From an uncultured Planctomycetales bacterium (GTDB lineage Bacteria > Planctomycetota > UBA1135), in assembly GCA_964342475.1 (NCBI GenBank), contig CAYFGE010000016.1:2742-66741 (forward strand): a stretch of 64,000 nucleotides of DNA, read 5' to 3'. The notes under the pieces were generated by a model, which was given only the letters and a program-made list of their open reading frames with translations, was not told where the DNA came from and ran no database searches. Shown here in pieces: positions 43,799-52,220 of this stretch; within the stretch, counting starts at the first letter, position 1, and each line of letters starts with the position of its first letter. The position numbers and the translations under genes were made by a program.

Positions 43799-45397
43799 GT
43801 GACCGCGCCGCGCTGCGCCGAGCTGGCCGAGCTGCTGCCGCTGCGCGCGGGCGGCCGGCGCACCGGCCTGTTCTCGGACCACGGCTCGTGGCTGGCGGTC
43901 TGCTGGGGCAGCGACTCCCTGTTCGAGCTGCACGACACGCTGCGAGACCGGGTCCACGTGCTCGACCTCGGCGCTCCGGCCGGCTGGCGCGAGGCCTTCC
44001 CCGACCGGCTCGAGGCCGCGCTCGAGGACGGCGCGCGGGTCCGCCTGGCCTTCGCCTCGGCCGAGCGCCTGGTCGTCGAGCACCGCCACGACCGGCCGCC
44101 GGCGGTCGGCTGCGACCTGCGCTGGGAGCTGGCCCGCGTCGAGGACGGGGTGTGGTGGATCCTGCTCGGGGACGACCCCGCCGAGCCGCCGGCCGACCTG
44201 TTCGAGCGCAACCGCGCGCGCTGGGACGCCTGGTTCACGGCCGCCGCCGCGCAGCTCGTCGCCCCCTCGCCGCGCGACCTGCGGCTCGCCGCGCGGGCCG
44301 TCACGACCCTGGAGTGGAACCGCCGCGCGCCGGTGCGCGCGCTGCCCGCCGCCGGGGTCGTGCCCTCCCCCTTCGCCTACCGCGGCTACTGGGGCTGGGA
44401 CTCGTGGAAGCACGCCCGCGCGCTGGCCCGCTTCGATCCCGAGCTGGGCCTCGACCAGCTCGAGGCGCAGTTCTCCGCCGCCGGCCCCGACGGCATGGTG
44501 GCCGACACGGCGATGCCCGACGCCGCGCGCAACAACCTCGCCAACACGAAGCCGCCGATGGCGGCCTGGGCGCTGGTGGCCCTGCAACGCGCCGGCGCCG
44601 ACCCGGCGCGCGTCGCCGGCCTGCGCAAACGTTGCGTCGAGCAGCTGCGCTGGTGGAGCCGCCACCGCCGCGCGCGCGGCGAGCTCGCCTTCCGCCACGG
44701 CGGCCGCGACCACGAGACCGCCACCTGGGACACCGGCTGGGACCTCTCCGTCCGCTTCGAGGCCACCCACCTCGAGCCCCACGGCGACTGGCTGCTGTTC
44801 GACCTCTGGCAGCCCGACCTGCACAGCTACCTGCTCGTCGAGTTCCGCGCGTTGGCCGAGCTGACCGCTGCCGAGGGGGGCGACCCCGCTCCCTGGCGCG
44901 AGCGTGCCGAGCAGTTGGAGCGTTGGATCCGCGACACCCTGTGGGACGCCGAGCGCGGCTTCTTCTGCGACCGCTCCGTCGGCGGGGCGAGCACCGGGGT
45001 GCGCTCGGCGGCCGGCTGGCTGCCGCTGTGGGCCGGCGCGGCCAGCCCCGAGCAGGCGGCGGCGGCGCGCGCAGTGATGCTCGACCCCGCGCACTTCGCC
45101 AGCCCGGTCCCCTTCCCCGCCCTGGCCTGCTCCGAGCCGGGCTTCGACCCCGACGCCTACTGGAACGGCGGGGTGTGGATCGACCACGCCGTGCTCGGCG
45201 CGGCGGCGGCGGGCGAGGAGGGCGCCCCGCTGCGCGAGCGCCTGCTGGACGCGGTCGACGCGCTGCCGGCTTTCTACGAGTGCCTGTCACCCCGGAGCGG
45301 CGAACCCTGCCACGGCGCGCGCCCGGCGGTGCCGCAGTTCTCCTGGAGCGCCGCGGCGGTCCTGGAGTTGCTGGCCGGCGGCCCGGCCGCGCCCTGA
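43799..45397 (+). CDS. (alpha/alpha)6-barrel glycoside hydrolase, GH63/YgjK-mannosylglycerate hydrolase-like
   Basis: GTG start 3 nt after the GH172 stop. It is the C-terminal 532 aa of ORF 42662..45397. PFAYRGYWGWDSWKHA, NTKPPMAAWAL, DTGWDLSVRF, YWNGGVWIDH, QFSWSAAAVLELL. Confidence 0.8.
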   Translation: MTAPRCAELAELLPLRAGGRRTGLFSDHGSWLAVCWGSDSLFELHDTLRDRVHVLDLGAPAGWREAFPDRLEAALEDGARVRLAFASAERLVVEHRHDRPPAVGCDLRWELARVEDGVWWILLGDDPAEPPADLFERNRARWDAWFTAAAAQLVAPSPRDLRLAARAVTTLEWNRRAPVRALPAAGVVPSPFAYRGYWGWDSWKHARALARFDPELGLDQLEAQFSAAGPDGMVADTAMPDAARNNLANTKPPMAAWALVALQRAGADPARVAGLRKRCVEQLRWWSRHRRARGELAFRHGGRDHETATWDTGWDLSVRFEATHLEPHGDWLLFDLWQPDLHSYLLVEFRALAELTAAEGGDPAPWRERAEQLERWIRDTLWDAERGFFCDRSVGGASTGVRSAAGWLPLWAGAASPEQAAAARAVMLDPAHFASPVPFPALACSEPGFDPDAYWNGGVWIDHAVLGAAAAGEEGAPLRERLLDAVDALPAFYECLSPRSGEPCHGARPAVPQFSWSAAAVLELLAGGPAAP

Positions 45398-45440
45398 TCC
45401 TTTCACCCGCTGCCCGATCCGCTCCGGCTAGGATGCGGGC

Positions 45441-47717
45441 ATGGGTCACCGGACGCACGCGCCTCTCCTCCCGCTCGCTGTCCTCCTTCCCCTGGCGCTG
45501 GCCGGCTGCGCCCAGCCCGCCCACCGGGCCGCGCCCGCGCCCCCGGGCGGCCTCCAGCTCCCGGTCCAGCCGGTCCACACCTACTCGATCGTCGCGCGCG
45601 ACCCCGAGACCGGGCAGATCGGCGTGGCCACCCAGTCGCACTGGTTCTCGGTCGGCAGCACGGTGGCCTGGGCCGAGGCCGGCGTCGGCGCGGTGGTGAC
45701 GCAGTCCTTCTCGCGCACCGCCTACGGACCCGAGCTGCTGGCCGACATGAAGGCGGGCAGGACCCCCGCAGCGGCGCTGCGCGCGCGCATCGAGCGCGAC
45801 CTCGGCGGCGACGTGCGCCAGGTCGCGGCGATCGACGCCAACGGCCGCACCGGGGCGCACACCGGCGAGCGCTGCATCGCCAGCGCCGAGCACATCGTCG
45901 GCGAGGACTTCGTCGTGGCCGGCAACATCATGGCCCACGACCAGGTGGCCGACGCGATGGCCGACGCCTTCACCCGCGCGGACGGCACGCTGGCCGAGCG
46001 CCTGCTCGCCGCCCTCGAGGCGGCGGAGTCGGCCGGCGGCGACCTGCGCGGCATGCAGTCGGCGGCGATCAAGGTCGTCTCGGGCGAGCGCCTCGACCAG
46101 CCCTGGGAGGGCGTGGTCGTCGACCTGCGCGTCGAGGACCACCACCGGCCGCTGGCCGAGCTGGAGCGCCTGCTGCGCATCCACCGCGCCTACGAGCTGG
46201 CCAATCTCGGCGACGAGGCCGTGGCGCAGCGCGAGATCGAGCGCGCGCGCGAGTACTACCGCCAGGCCGAGGAGCTCTACCCCGAGCAGGTCGAGCTGAG
46301 CTACTGGCGCGGCTACGCCCTGCTGCAGGCCGGCTACACCGAGGACGCCCTGCGCCTGTTCCAGCACGTCTTCGCCGAGGAGCCGGCCTGGGTCGAGATG
46401 ACGCCGCGGCTGGTCGAGGCGGACCACCTGCCGGCCGACGAGGCCCTGCTCGCCCGCATCGCCGCGCTGGCCCCGAAGCCCGGCGTCCCCGAGATCCCCC
46501 ACCCCGACGTGGCGCGGATCGAGCGCGACATCCGCCGATTGGCCGCCTTCGGCACGCGCCACACGCTGAGCGAGACCGAGAGCGACACGCGCGGCATCGG
46601 CGCCGCGCGCCGCTGGCTGCGCGACGAGTTCCTGCGCATCTCCGACGAGTACCACGACGGGCGCCTGCAGGTCGAGCTGCAGCACTACTCGCTGCCGCCC
46701 GGCCGTCGGACGCCCGACGGCGTCGAGCTGGCCAACGTCGTCGCCACCCTCCCCGGACGCGACCCCGACCGCCTCGTCGTGGTGTCCGGCCACTACGACT
46801 CGCGCGCCAGCAACCCGATGGACGCCGAGGCCGACGCGCCGGGGGCCAACGACGACGCCAGCGGCGTGGCCGCGGTCCTCGAGGCGGCGCGCGTGCTGCG
46901 CGGCGCGACGCCGACCGCCACGGTGGTCTTCCTCGCCGTCGCCGGCGAGGAGCAGGGCCTGCTCGGCGCGCGCGCGCAGGCCGAGCGCTGGGAGGCCGAG
47001 GGCAAGCAGGTCGAGGCGATGATCACCCTCGACATCGTCGGCGGCGCCAAGGGCTCGAGCGGCAAGCACGAGCCGTGGCGCCTGCGCGTGTTCAGCGAGG
47101 GCGTGCCCAGCGCCGGCGGCCGCATCGTCGGCAGCGACAACGACGCCCCCTCGCGCCAGCTCGCGCGCTACTTCGAGCGCGCCGGCGAGGGCCACCTGCC
47201 CGGCTTCGACGTCACCCTGGTGCTGCGCCAGGACCGCTACCTGCGCGGCGGCGACCACCGCGCCTTCAACGACCTCGGCTGGCCGGCCATCCGCCTGACC
47301 GAGCCGCACGAGAACTACTCGCAGCAGCACCAGGACGTGCGCACCGAGGAGGGCCTGCTCTACGGCGACCTGCCCGACTTCGTCGACTTCGCCTACGTCG
47401 GCCGGGTCAGCGCGGTGCTGTCGGCCGCGCTGCACGAGCTGGCCCTGGCCCCGGCGGCGCCGCGCGCGGTGCTCATGGACACCACCGGGTTGACGCCGAG
47501 CACCACGCTGAGCTGGGAGCCCGTCGCCGGCGCCGCCGGCTACGCCGTCCTCTACCGCCGCACGGATTCGCCGGAGTGGACCTACCGGCGCGTCGTGGGC
47601 GACGAGACCTCGGTCGTGCTCGAGGGCCGCAGCAAGGACGACTGGCTGTTCGCCGTCGAGTCCTTCGGACCCGACGGCCACCGCAGCCTGCCGGTCTACC
47701 CGGCCCCGCGCTTCTAG
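45441..47717 (+). CDS. Lipoprotein fusion: DUF1028 (Ntn-hydrolase-like) plus helical linker plus M28 aminopeptidase plus FN3 domain (758 aa)
   Basis: Lipobox LALAGC. DUF1028 signature TYSIVARDPETGQIGVATQSHWFSVG begins at residue 47. M28: VVVSGHYDS, GANDDASGVAAVLE, VAGEEQGLLGA, GGDHRAF. The C-terminal STTLSWEPVAGAAGYAVLYRRTD... is FN3-like. Confidence 0.85.
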   Translation: MGHRTHAPLLPLAVLLPLALAGCAQPAHRAAPAPPGGLQLPVQPVHTYSIVARDPETGQIGVATQSHWFSVGSTVAWAEAGVGAVVTQSFSRTAYGPELLADMKAGRTPAAALRARIERDLGGDVRQVAAIDANGRTGAHTGERCIASAEHIVGEDFVVAGNIMAHDQVADAMADAFTRADGTLAERLLAALEAAESAGGDLRGMQSAAIKVVSGERLDQPWEGVVVDLRVEDHHRPLAELERLLRIHRAYELANLGDEAVAQREIERAREYYRQAEELYPEQVELSYWRGYALLQAGYTEDALRLFQHVFAEEPAWVEMTPRLVEADHLPADEALLARIAALAPKPGVPEIPHPDVARIERDIRRLAAFGTRHTLSETESDTRGIGAARRWLRDEFLRISDEYHDGRLQVELQHYSLPPGRRTPDGVELANVVATLPGRDPDRLVVVSGHYDSRASNPMDAEADAPGANDDASGVAAVLEAARVLRGATPTATVVFLAVAGEEQGLLGARAQAERWEAEGKQVEAMITLDIVGGAKGSSGKHEPWRLRVFSEGVPSAGGRIVGSDNDAPSRQLARYFERAGEGHLPGFDVTLVLRQDRYLRGGDHRAFNDLGWPAIRLTEPHENYSQQHQDVRTEEGLLYGDLPDFVDFAYVGRVSAVLSAALHELALAPAAPRAVLMDTTGLTPSTTLSWEPVAGAAGYAVLYRRTDSPEWTYRRVVGDETSVVLEGRSKDDWLFAVESFGPDGHRSLPVYPAPRF

Positions 47718-50191
47718 GGGCGCACCGCCGCCTCGGGCACGCCCTCGGTGGCGGTCTCGTAGTAGGTCGCCGGGTCGTAGCTGTCGACCTGGATCGCGTC
47801 GTCGCGCGCGGCCTCGGCCTGGCGCACGAGGTCGAGGTCCTCGCGGCCGATGATGCCGGCCTCGACGGCCTGCTCGAGCAGCGCAAACGGCTTGCCCTTC
47901 GGCAGCTTCTTCTCGCGCGAGGCCTTGCGCACCTTGGCCAGCACCGCGTCGGCCATCGTGCTCAGCTCGAAGGCGTGCTCGAGGCGGCCCAGCGCCTCGT
48001 TGCGGTCCTGCGGCACGTAGAGGCCGCCGCACAGCCGCTCGCGCGCCTCGCCGGGGCGCTGCAGCGCCTGCGCCACCTTCAGCGCCAGCGGGTCGTTCGG
48101 GCCGCGGCTGATCGGGTTGGCGTAGGCCCACCACTGCACCGGGCCGCGGAACAGCCAGCCGACCTTCGGCGCGTCGAAGTTGGCCAGCAGGCCGCAGAAG
48201 GCCTCCTGGATCTGCAGCAGGCAGTGCTCCATCGCCCAGCGGAAGACGGGCAGGTCCTCCTCGCGGCGGCCCTCCGCCTCGAAGCGGCGGATCGTCGCCG
48301 CGCCGAGGTACATCCAGCTGAGGGCGTCGGAGAAGCGGCCGGTCAGCGCCTCGCGGCGCTTGAGCTGGCCGCCGTACATCGCCATCGCGGTCTCGGACAG
48401 GAAGGCGAAGCAGGCCGAGGCCCAGCTGATCTTCTGCGCGTAGCGGTGCGCCGGGCCGCGCAAGCCGGTGCCGGCGAGGTAGCCGCGGGTCATCGACAGG
48501 CCGAGGGCGCGGCACTTGCTGCGCACGATGTAGCCGATGTGGCCCCAGAAGGCGCGGTCGAAGCCGGCCACGTCGCCCTCGCCCAGCGTCTTGATCTCGG
48601 AGTAGGCCCAGGGGTGGCAGCGGATCGCTCCCTGGCCGTAGATCATCAGCGTGCGGGTGAGGATGTTGGCGCCCTCGACGGTGATCGAGATCGGCGCGCC
48701 CCAGTAGGCGTGGGCCAGCAGGTTGCGCGGTCCGCGCGAGATGCCGGCGCCGCCGACCACGTCCATCGCGTCGTTGACCGCCTTGCGGAAGAGCTCGGTC
48801 GAGTTGTACTTCGCGATGGCGGAGACGACCGCCGGCTTGGCGCCGCCGTCCAGGCCGCCGCAGGTGTAGTTGCGCGCCGCCTCGAGCAGGTAGGCCCAGC
48901 CGCCGATGCGGGCCAGCGGCTCCTGCACCCCCTCGAACTTGCCGACGGACATGCCGAACTGCTTGCGCACCATCGAGTAGGCGCCGGCGACGCGCGCCGC
49001 GGCCTTGGTGCCCGCGGCCGCCTGGGCGGGCAGCATGATGCCGCGACCCGCGGCCAGGGTCTCCATCAGCATGCGCCAGCCGCGGCCGGCGCCCTCCGGG
49101 CCGCCGATGATGTTGTCCACCGGGACGACCACGTCCTTCCCCTGGAAGGGGCAGTTGAGGAAGGGCACGCCGAGCGGGTCGTGCAGCTCGCCGCGGGTGA
49201 CGCCCTCGCGGTGCGCCTCGCACAGCACGCAGGTGATGCCGGGCTTCTCGCCCTTGCCGAGCAGGTTCTCCGGGTCGCTGAGCTTGACCGCGAGCCCGAA
49301 CACCGAGGCGCGCGCCGCCAGCGTGATGTAGCGCTTGTTCCAGTTCAGGCGCAGCATCGGCTGGCCGCCCTCGCCGCGGAAGACCTCGGCGGTGGACTGG
49401 ATCGCGCCGGCGTCGGAGCCGGCCTTCGGCTCGGTGAGGGCGAAGCAGGGCACCTCCTCGCCGCTGGCCAGGCGCGGCAGCCAGTAGTCCTGCTGCTGCG
49501 GCGTGCCGTAGTGCATGATCAGCTCGGCCGGGCCGAGCGAGTTGGGCAGCATCGCGGTGATGCCCAGCGGCATCGAGCGCGAGCTCAGCTTGGCGATGAT
49601 CGCCGAGACGCCGGCGGCCGAGAACTCGAGGCCGCCCCACTTCTTCTGGATGATCATGCCGAAGACGCCCTTGTCCTTCAGCGCCTGCCACACCTCGGGC
49701 GGCAGGTCGCGGCGGCGGTAGACGTCCCAGTCGTCGGTCATCGCGCACAGCTCCTCGACCGGCCCGTCGAGGAAGGCGCGCTCCTCGGCGCTGAGCTCGG
49801 GGTAGGCCTCGCGCATCAGGCGGCCCCAGTCCGGGTCGCCGGAGAACAGCTCGCCCTCGGCCCACACCGTGCCGGCCTCGAGGGCCTCGCGCTCGGTGGC
49901 CGAGATCTCCGGGATGATGCCGAGCTTCTTGAGCAGGGCCATCAGCGGGCGGGTGACCAGCGGGCGGCGCAGCGGCTTCAGGTTGAAGACCACGGCGACG
50001 ACCAGCAGGGGAGCCCACAGCCAGGTCGGGGCGGCCAGACCCCACAGCAGCACGGCGGCGGCGGCAGTCCACGCCCACAGGGGGGCGCCGACGAAGCCGA
50101 GGCCGAGCGCGGCGGCGAGGACCAGGACGAGGGTCAGGCCCCAGGGCAGGGCGGACAGGAATCCTTCGGCGGTCTCAGGAGTTTGCAACAT
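47714..50191 (-). CDS. fadE: Acyl-CoA dehydrogenase, long FadE type (825 aa)
   Basis: Starts at Met30 of ORF 47714..50278. N-terminal TM pair, ALTEPKAGSDAG, ITVEGANILTRTLMIYGQGAIRCHP, and a C-terminal DUF1974-like extension. Confidence 0.9.
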   Translation of the reverse strand: MLQTPETAEGFLSALPWGLTLVLVLAAALGLGFVGAPLWAWTAAAAVLLWGLAAPTWLWAPLLVVAVVFNLKPLRRPLVTRPLMALLKKLGIIPEISATEREALEAGTVWAEGELFSGDPDWGRLMREAYPELSAEERAFLDGPVEELCAMTDDWDVYRRRDLPPEVWQALKDKGVFGMIIQKKWGGLEFSAAGVSAIIAKLSSRSMPLGITAMLPNSLGPAELIMHYGTPQQQDYWLPRLASGEEVPCFALTEPKAGSDAGAIQSTAEVFRGEGGQPMLRLNWNKRYITLAARASVFGLAVKLSDPENLLGKGEKPGITCVLCEAHREGVTRGELHDPLGVPFLNCPFQGKDVVVPVDNIIGGPEGAGRGWRMLMETLAAGRGIMLPAQAAAGTKAAARVAGAYSMVRKQFGMSVGKFEGVQEPLARIGGWAYLLEAARNYTCGGLDGGAKPAVVSAIAKYNSTELFRKAVNDAMDVVGGAGISRGPRNLLAHAYWGAPISITVEGANILTRTLMIYGQGAIRCHPWAYSEIKTLGEGDVAGFDRAFWGHIGYIVRSKCRALGLSMTRGYLAGTGLRGPAHRYAQKISWASACFAFLSETAMAMYGGQLKRREALTGRFSDALSWMYLGAATIRRFEAEGRREEDLPVFRWAMEHCLLQIQEAFCGLLANFDAPKVGWLFRGPVQWWAYANPISRGPNDPLALKVAQALQRPGEARERLCGGLYVPQDRNEALGRLEHAFELSTMADAVLAKVRKASREKKLPKGKPFALLEQAVEAGIIGREDLDLVRQAEAARDDAIQVDSYDPATYYETATEGVPEAAVRP

Positions 50192-50810
50192 CGCGGATCG
50201 GTGGCAGGGATGCCGTTCCAGGTGAGGGGAGCAGGGTGCGGAGGACCTGCTGGACGGCGCTCTGGCACAGCGCCTCACGGTCGATGCTCACATCGACGCG
50301 GCGGGCGATGAGGAGCGAGACCGTCCCGTGCAGGGAGGTCCAGATCAGGGTCGACTCCGTCTTGGTGTCGCGACCGGCCGCGCCCGGGGGGCCGAGGGCG
50401 GCGACCAGCTCGTGGTGGAACATCTCCAGGTTGCTCCGCGCGCGGCGGTAGCGGTCCGCGGGGTACCGCTCCATCCGCTCGGGGTGCAGCATGAACATGA
50501 TCTCGTAGTACTCGGGGTTCTCGAGGCCGAAGGCCAGGTAGGCCCGGGCGAGGCCCTCCAGGCGCTCACGCGGCCCCTCGACCCCCTCCACCGCCCCGCT
50601 CAACGCCTCCTGGAGCATCTCCATGCCCTCGTCGATCAGGGCGTGGATGAGCGCGTCCTTGTTGTGGAAGTAGAGGTAGATGCTGGTGGCGGTGCAGCCG
50701 ACCGCCTTGGCGATCGGGCGGAGCGAGAGCCCGTTGAAGCCGCCCTCGACCAGCGCCCGGCGCGCCTGGTCCAGGATCGCGCGGCGGAGTTCGGTGCTGG
50801 GGCGGGGCAT
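50175..50810 (-). CDS. TetR/AcrR family transcriptional regulator
   Basis: It is the C-terminal 211 aa of ORF 50175..52148. HTH region LSLRPIAKAVGCTATSIYLYFHNKDALI. It overlaps the fadE start by 17 nt. Confidence 0.9.
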   Translation of the reverse strand: MPRPSTELRRAILDQARRALVEGGFNGLSLRPIAKAVGCTATSIYLYFHNKDALIHALIDEGMEMLQEALSGAVEGVEGPRERLEGLARAYLAFGLENPEYYEIMFMLHPERMERYPADRYRRARSNLEMFHHELVAALGPPGAAGRDTKTESTLIWTSLHGTVSLLIARRVDVSIDREALCQSAVQQVLRTLLPSPGTASLPPIRDVANS

Positions 50811-50830
50811 GGTCGGGGCCTCGGGTGGGC

Positions 50831-50854
50831 AGCGGGCGTCGCCCGCTCCTTTTT
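50831..50854 (+). terminator. Terminator-like hairpin plus T5 inside the tetR / fadI divergent region
   Basis: AGCGGGC-gtc-GCCCGCT is a perfect 7-bp stem, followed by ccTTTTTc. There is no plus-strand gene upstream for it to terminate, so its role is unclear. Confidence 0.35.
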
Positions 50855-50857
50855 CGG

Positions 50858-50893
50858 TTGACGGCGTTAACTTTACACCGTTAATCTTAGGAG
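50858..50893 (+). promoter_or_regulatory. Candidate sigma-70-type promoter, repeat operator and SD site for the fadI/fadJ-like operon
   Basis: TTGACG (50858-63), 18 nt, TAATCT (50882-87). The hexamer CGTTAA occurs twice (50865-70, 50879-84) and includes the palindrome GTTAAC. AGGAG (50889-93) lies 10 nt before ATG 50904. Confidence 0.45.
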
Positions 50894-50903
50894 CACAAGC
50901 ACC

Positions 50904-52220
50904 ATGGTTCAACAATCCCTCCACCAGGACGGCCCCCCCATCGTGCTGGCCGCCGGCCTGCGCAGCCCCTGGGCGCGCGCGGGCGTGGCCTTCGCGAAGG
51001 AGGACGCCGGCCACCTCGGCGCCCACGTGGCGCGCGAGCTGATCGCGCGCACCGGCATCGACCCCGCGGGACTCGACGAGGTCGTCGCCGGCTGCGTCGG
51101 GCAGCCCTTCGACCAGGCCAACCTCGGCCGCGTGATCGCCCTGCGCGCCGGCGTGCCGCAGGGCGTCCCCGCCCGCACCGTGGCGCGCAACTGCGCCAGC
51201 GGCATCGAGGCCGTGACCTGTTCGATCGCCAACATCCGCGCCGGCATCGGCGACACCTACCTCGCGCTCGGCGCCGAGGTGATGAGCAGCTACCCGCTGG
51301 TCTTCGGCCCGAAGATGACCGACTTCTTCGCGTCGATGATGAAGGCGCGGACGCTCGGCCAGCGCCTGGGCCTGCTGACGCGCTTCCGCCCCGGCTGGCT
51401 CAAGCCGCGCATCGCGCTGATGGAGGGCCTGACCGACCCGATCAGCGGTCTGATCATGGGCAGCACGGCCGAGAACCTGGCGCGTGACTTCGGGATCAGC
51501 CGCGAGGAGGCCGACGCCTTCGCCCTTCGCAGCCACCAGCGCGCCGCCGCCGCGCGCGCGCGCCTCGCCGAGGAGATCGTCCCCCACCTCGGGCTCGGCG
51601 CGAAGAAGGGCGCGGCCGCCCTCGACCACGACGACGCTGTGCGCGAGGACCAGTCGCTCGAGTCGCTGGCCAAGCTGAAGCCCTACTTCGAGAAGCCGGA
51701 CGGGGTGGTCACCGTGGGCAACGCCTGCGGCATCACCGACGGCGCCGCCGCGCTGCTCGTCACCACCGAGGCGCGCGCCGCCGAGCTCGGCCTCGCGCCG
51801 CTCGCCCGCGTGCGCAGCTGGGCCTGGAGCGGCTGCGACCCCACGCGCATGGGCATCGGCCCGGTCTCCGCGAGCGCCAAGGCCCTCGACGCAGCCGGCT
51901 GCACGCTGGCCGACATGGGCGTCGTCGAGCTGAACGAGGCCTTCGCCGTCCAGGTGATGGCCTGCCAGCGCGCCTTCGCCAGCGCGGCCTGGGCGCGCGA
52001 GCACCTCGGCCGCGACGCCGCCCTCGGCGAGCTGCCCGACGAGAAGCTGAACGTGAACGGCGGCGCCATCGCCCTCGGCCACCCGGTCGGCGCCACCGGC
52101 GCCCGCCTGCTCCTGACCGCCGCGCACGAGCTGCGCCACGGCGACCACGAGCTGGCCCTCGCGACCCTGTGCATCGGCGGCGGCCAGGGCGGCGCCGTGG
52201 TGCTGGAGAGGATGAGCTGA
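50904..52220 (+). CDS. fadI: 3-ketoacyl-CoA thiolase, long FadI-like type (438 aa)
   Basis: Active-site NCASGIEAV, NVNGGAIALGHPVGATG, CIGGGQG. It carries the ~50-aa insert typical of FadI-type thiolases. The thiolase-first gene order matches fadIJ. Confidence 0.85.
   Translation: MVQQSLHQDGPPIVLAAGLRSPWARAGVAFAKEDAGHLGAHVARELIARTGIDPAGLDEVVAGCVGQPFDQANLGRVIALRAGVPQGVPARTVARNCASGIEAVTCSIANIRAGIGDTYLALGAEVMSSYPLVFGPKMTDFFASMMKARTLGQRLGLLTRFRPGWLKPRIALMEGLTDPISGLIMGSTAENLARDFGISREEADAFALRSHQRAAAARARLAEEIVPHLGLGAKKGAAALDHDDAVREDQSLESLAKLKPYFEKPDGVVTVGNACGITDGAAALLVTTEARAAELGLAPLARVRSWAWSGCDPTRMGIGPVSASAKALDAAGCTLADMGVVELNEAFAVQVMACQRAFASAAWAREHLGRDAALGELPDEKLNVNGGAIALGHPVGATGARLLLTAAHELRHGDHELALATLCIGGGQGGAVVLERMS

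Noticed and set aside
44301-50078. A 1925-aa minus-strand ORF, the longest in the track, spanning the GH63-like, M28-fusion and fadE regions. The 47075..50311 plus-strand ORF (1078 aa) was considered with it.
   Set aside because: The translations are Arg/Gly/Pro/Ala-rich low-complexity strings with no motifs. They run antisense or out of frame to genes with unmistakable catalytic motifs (M28, FadE). This is a typical stop-codon-poor artefact of very G+C-rich DNA.
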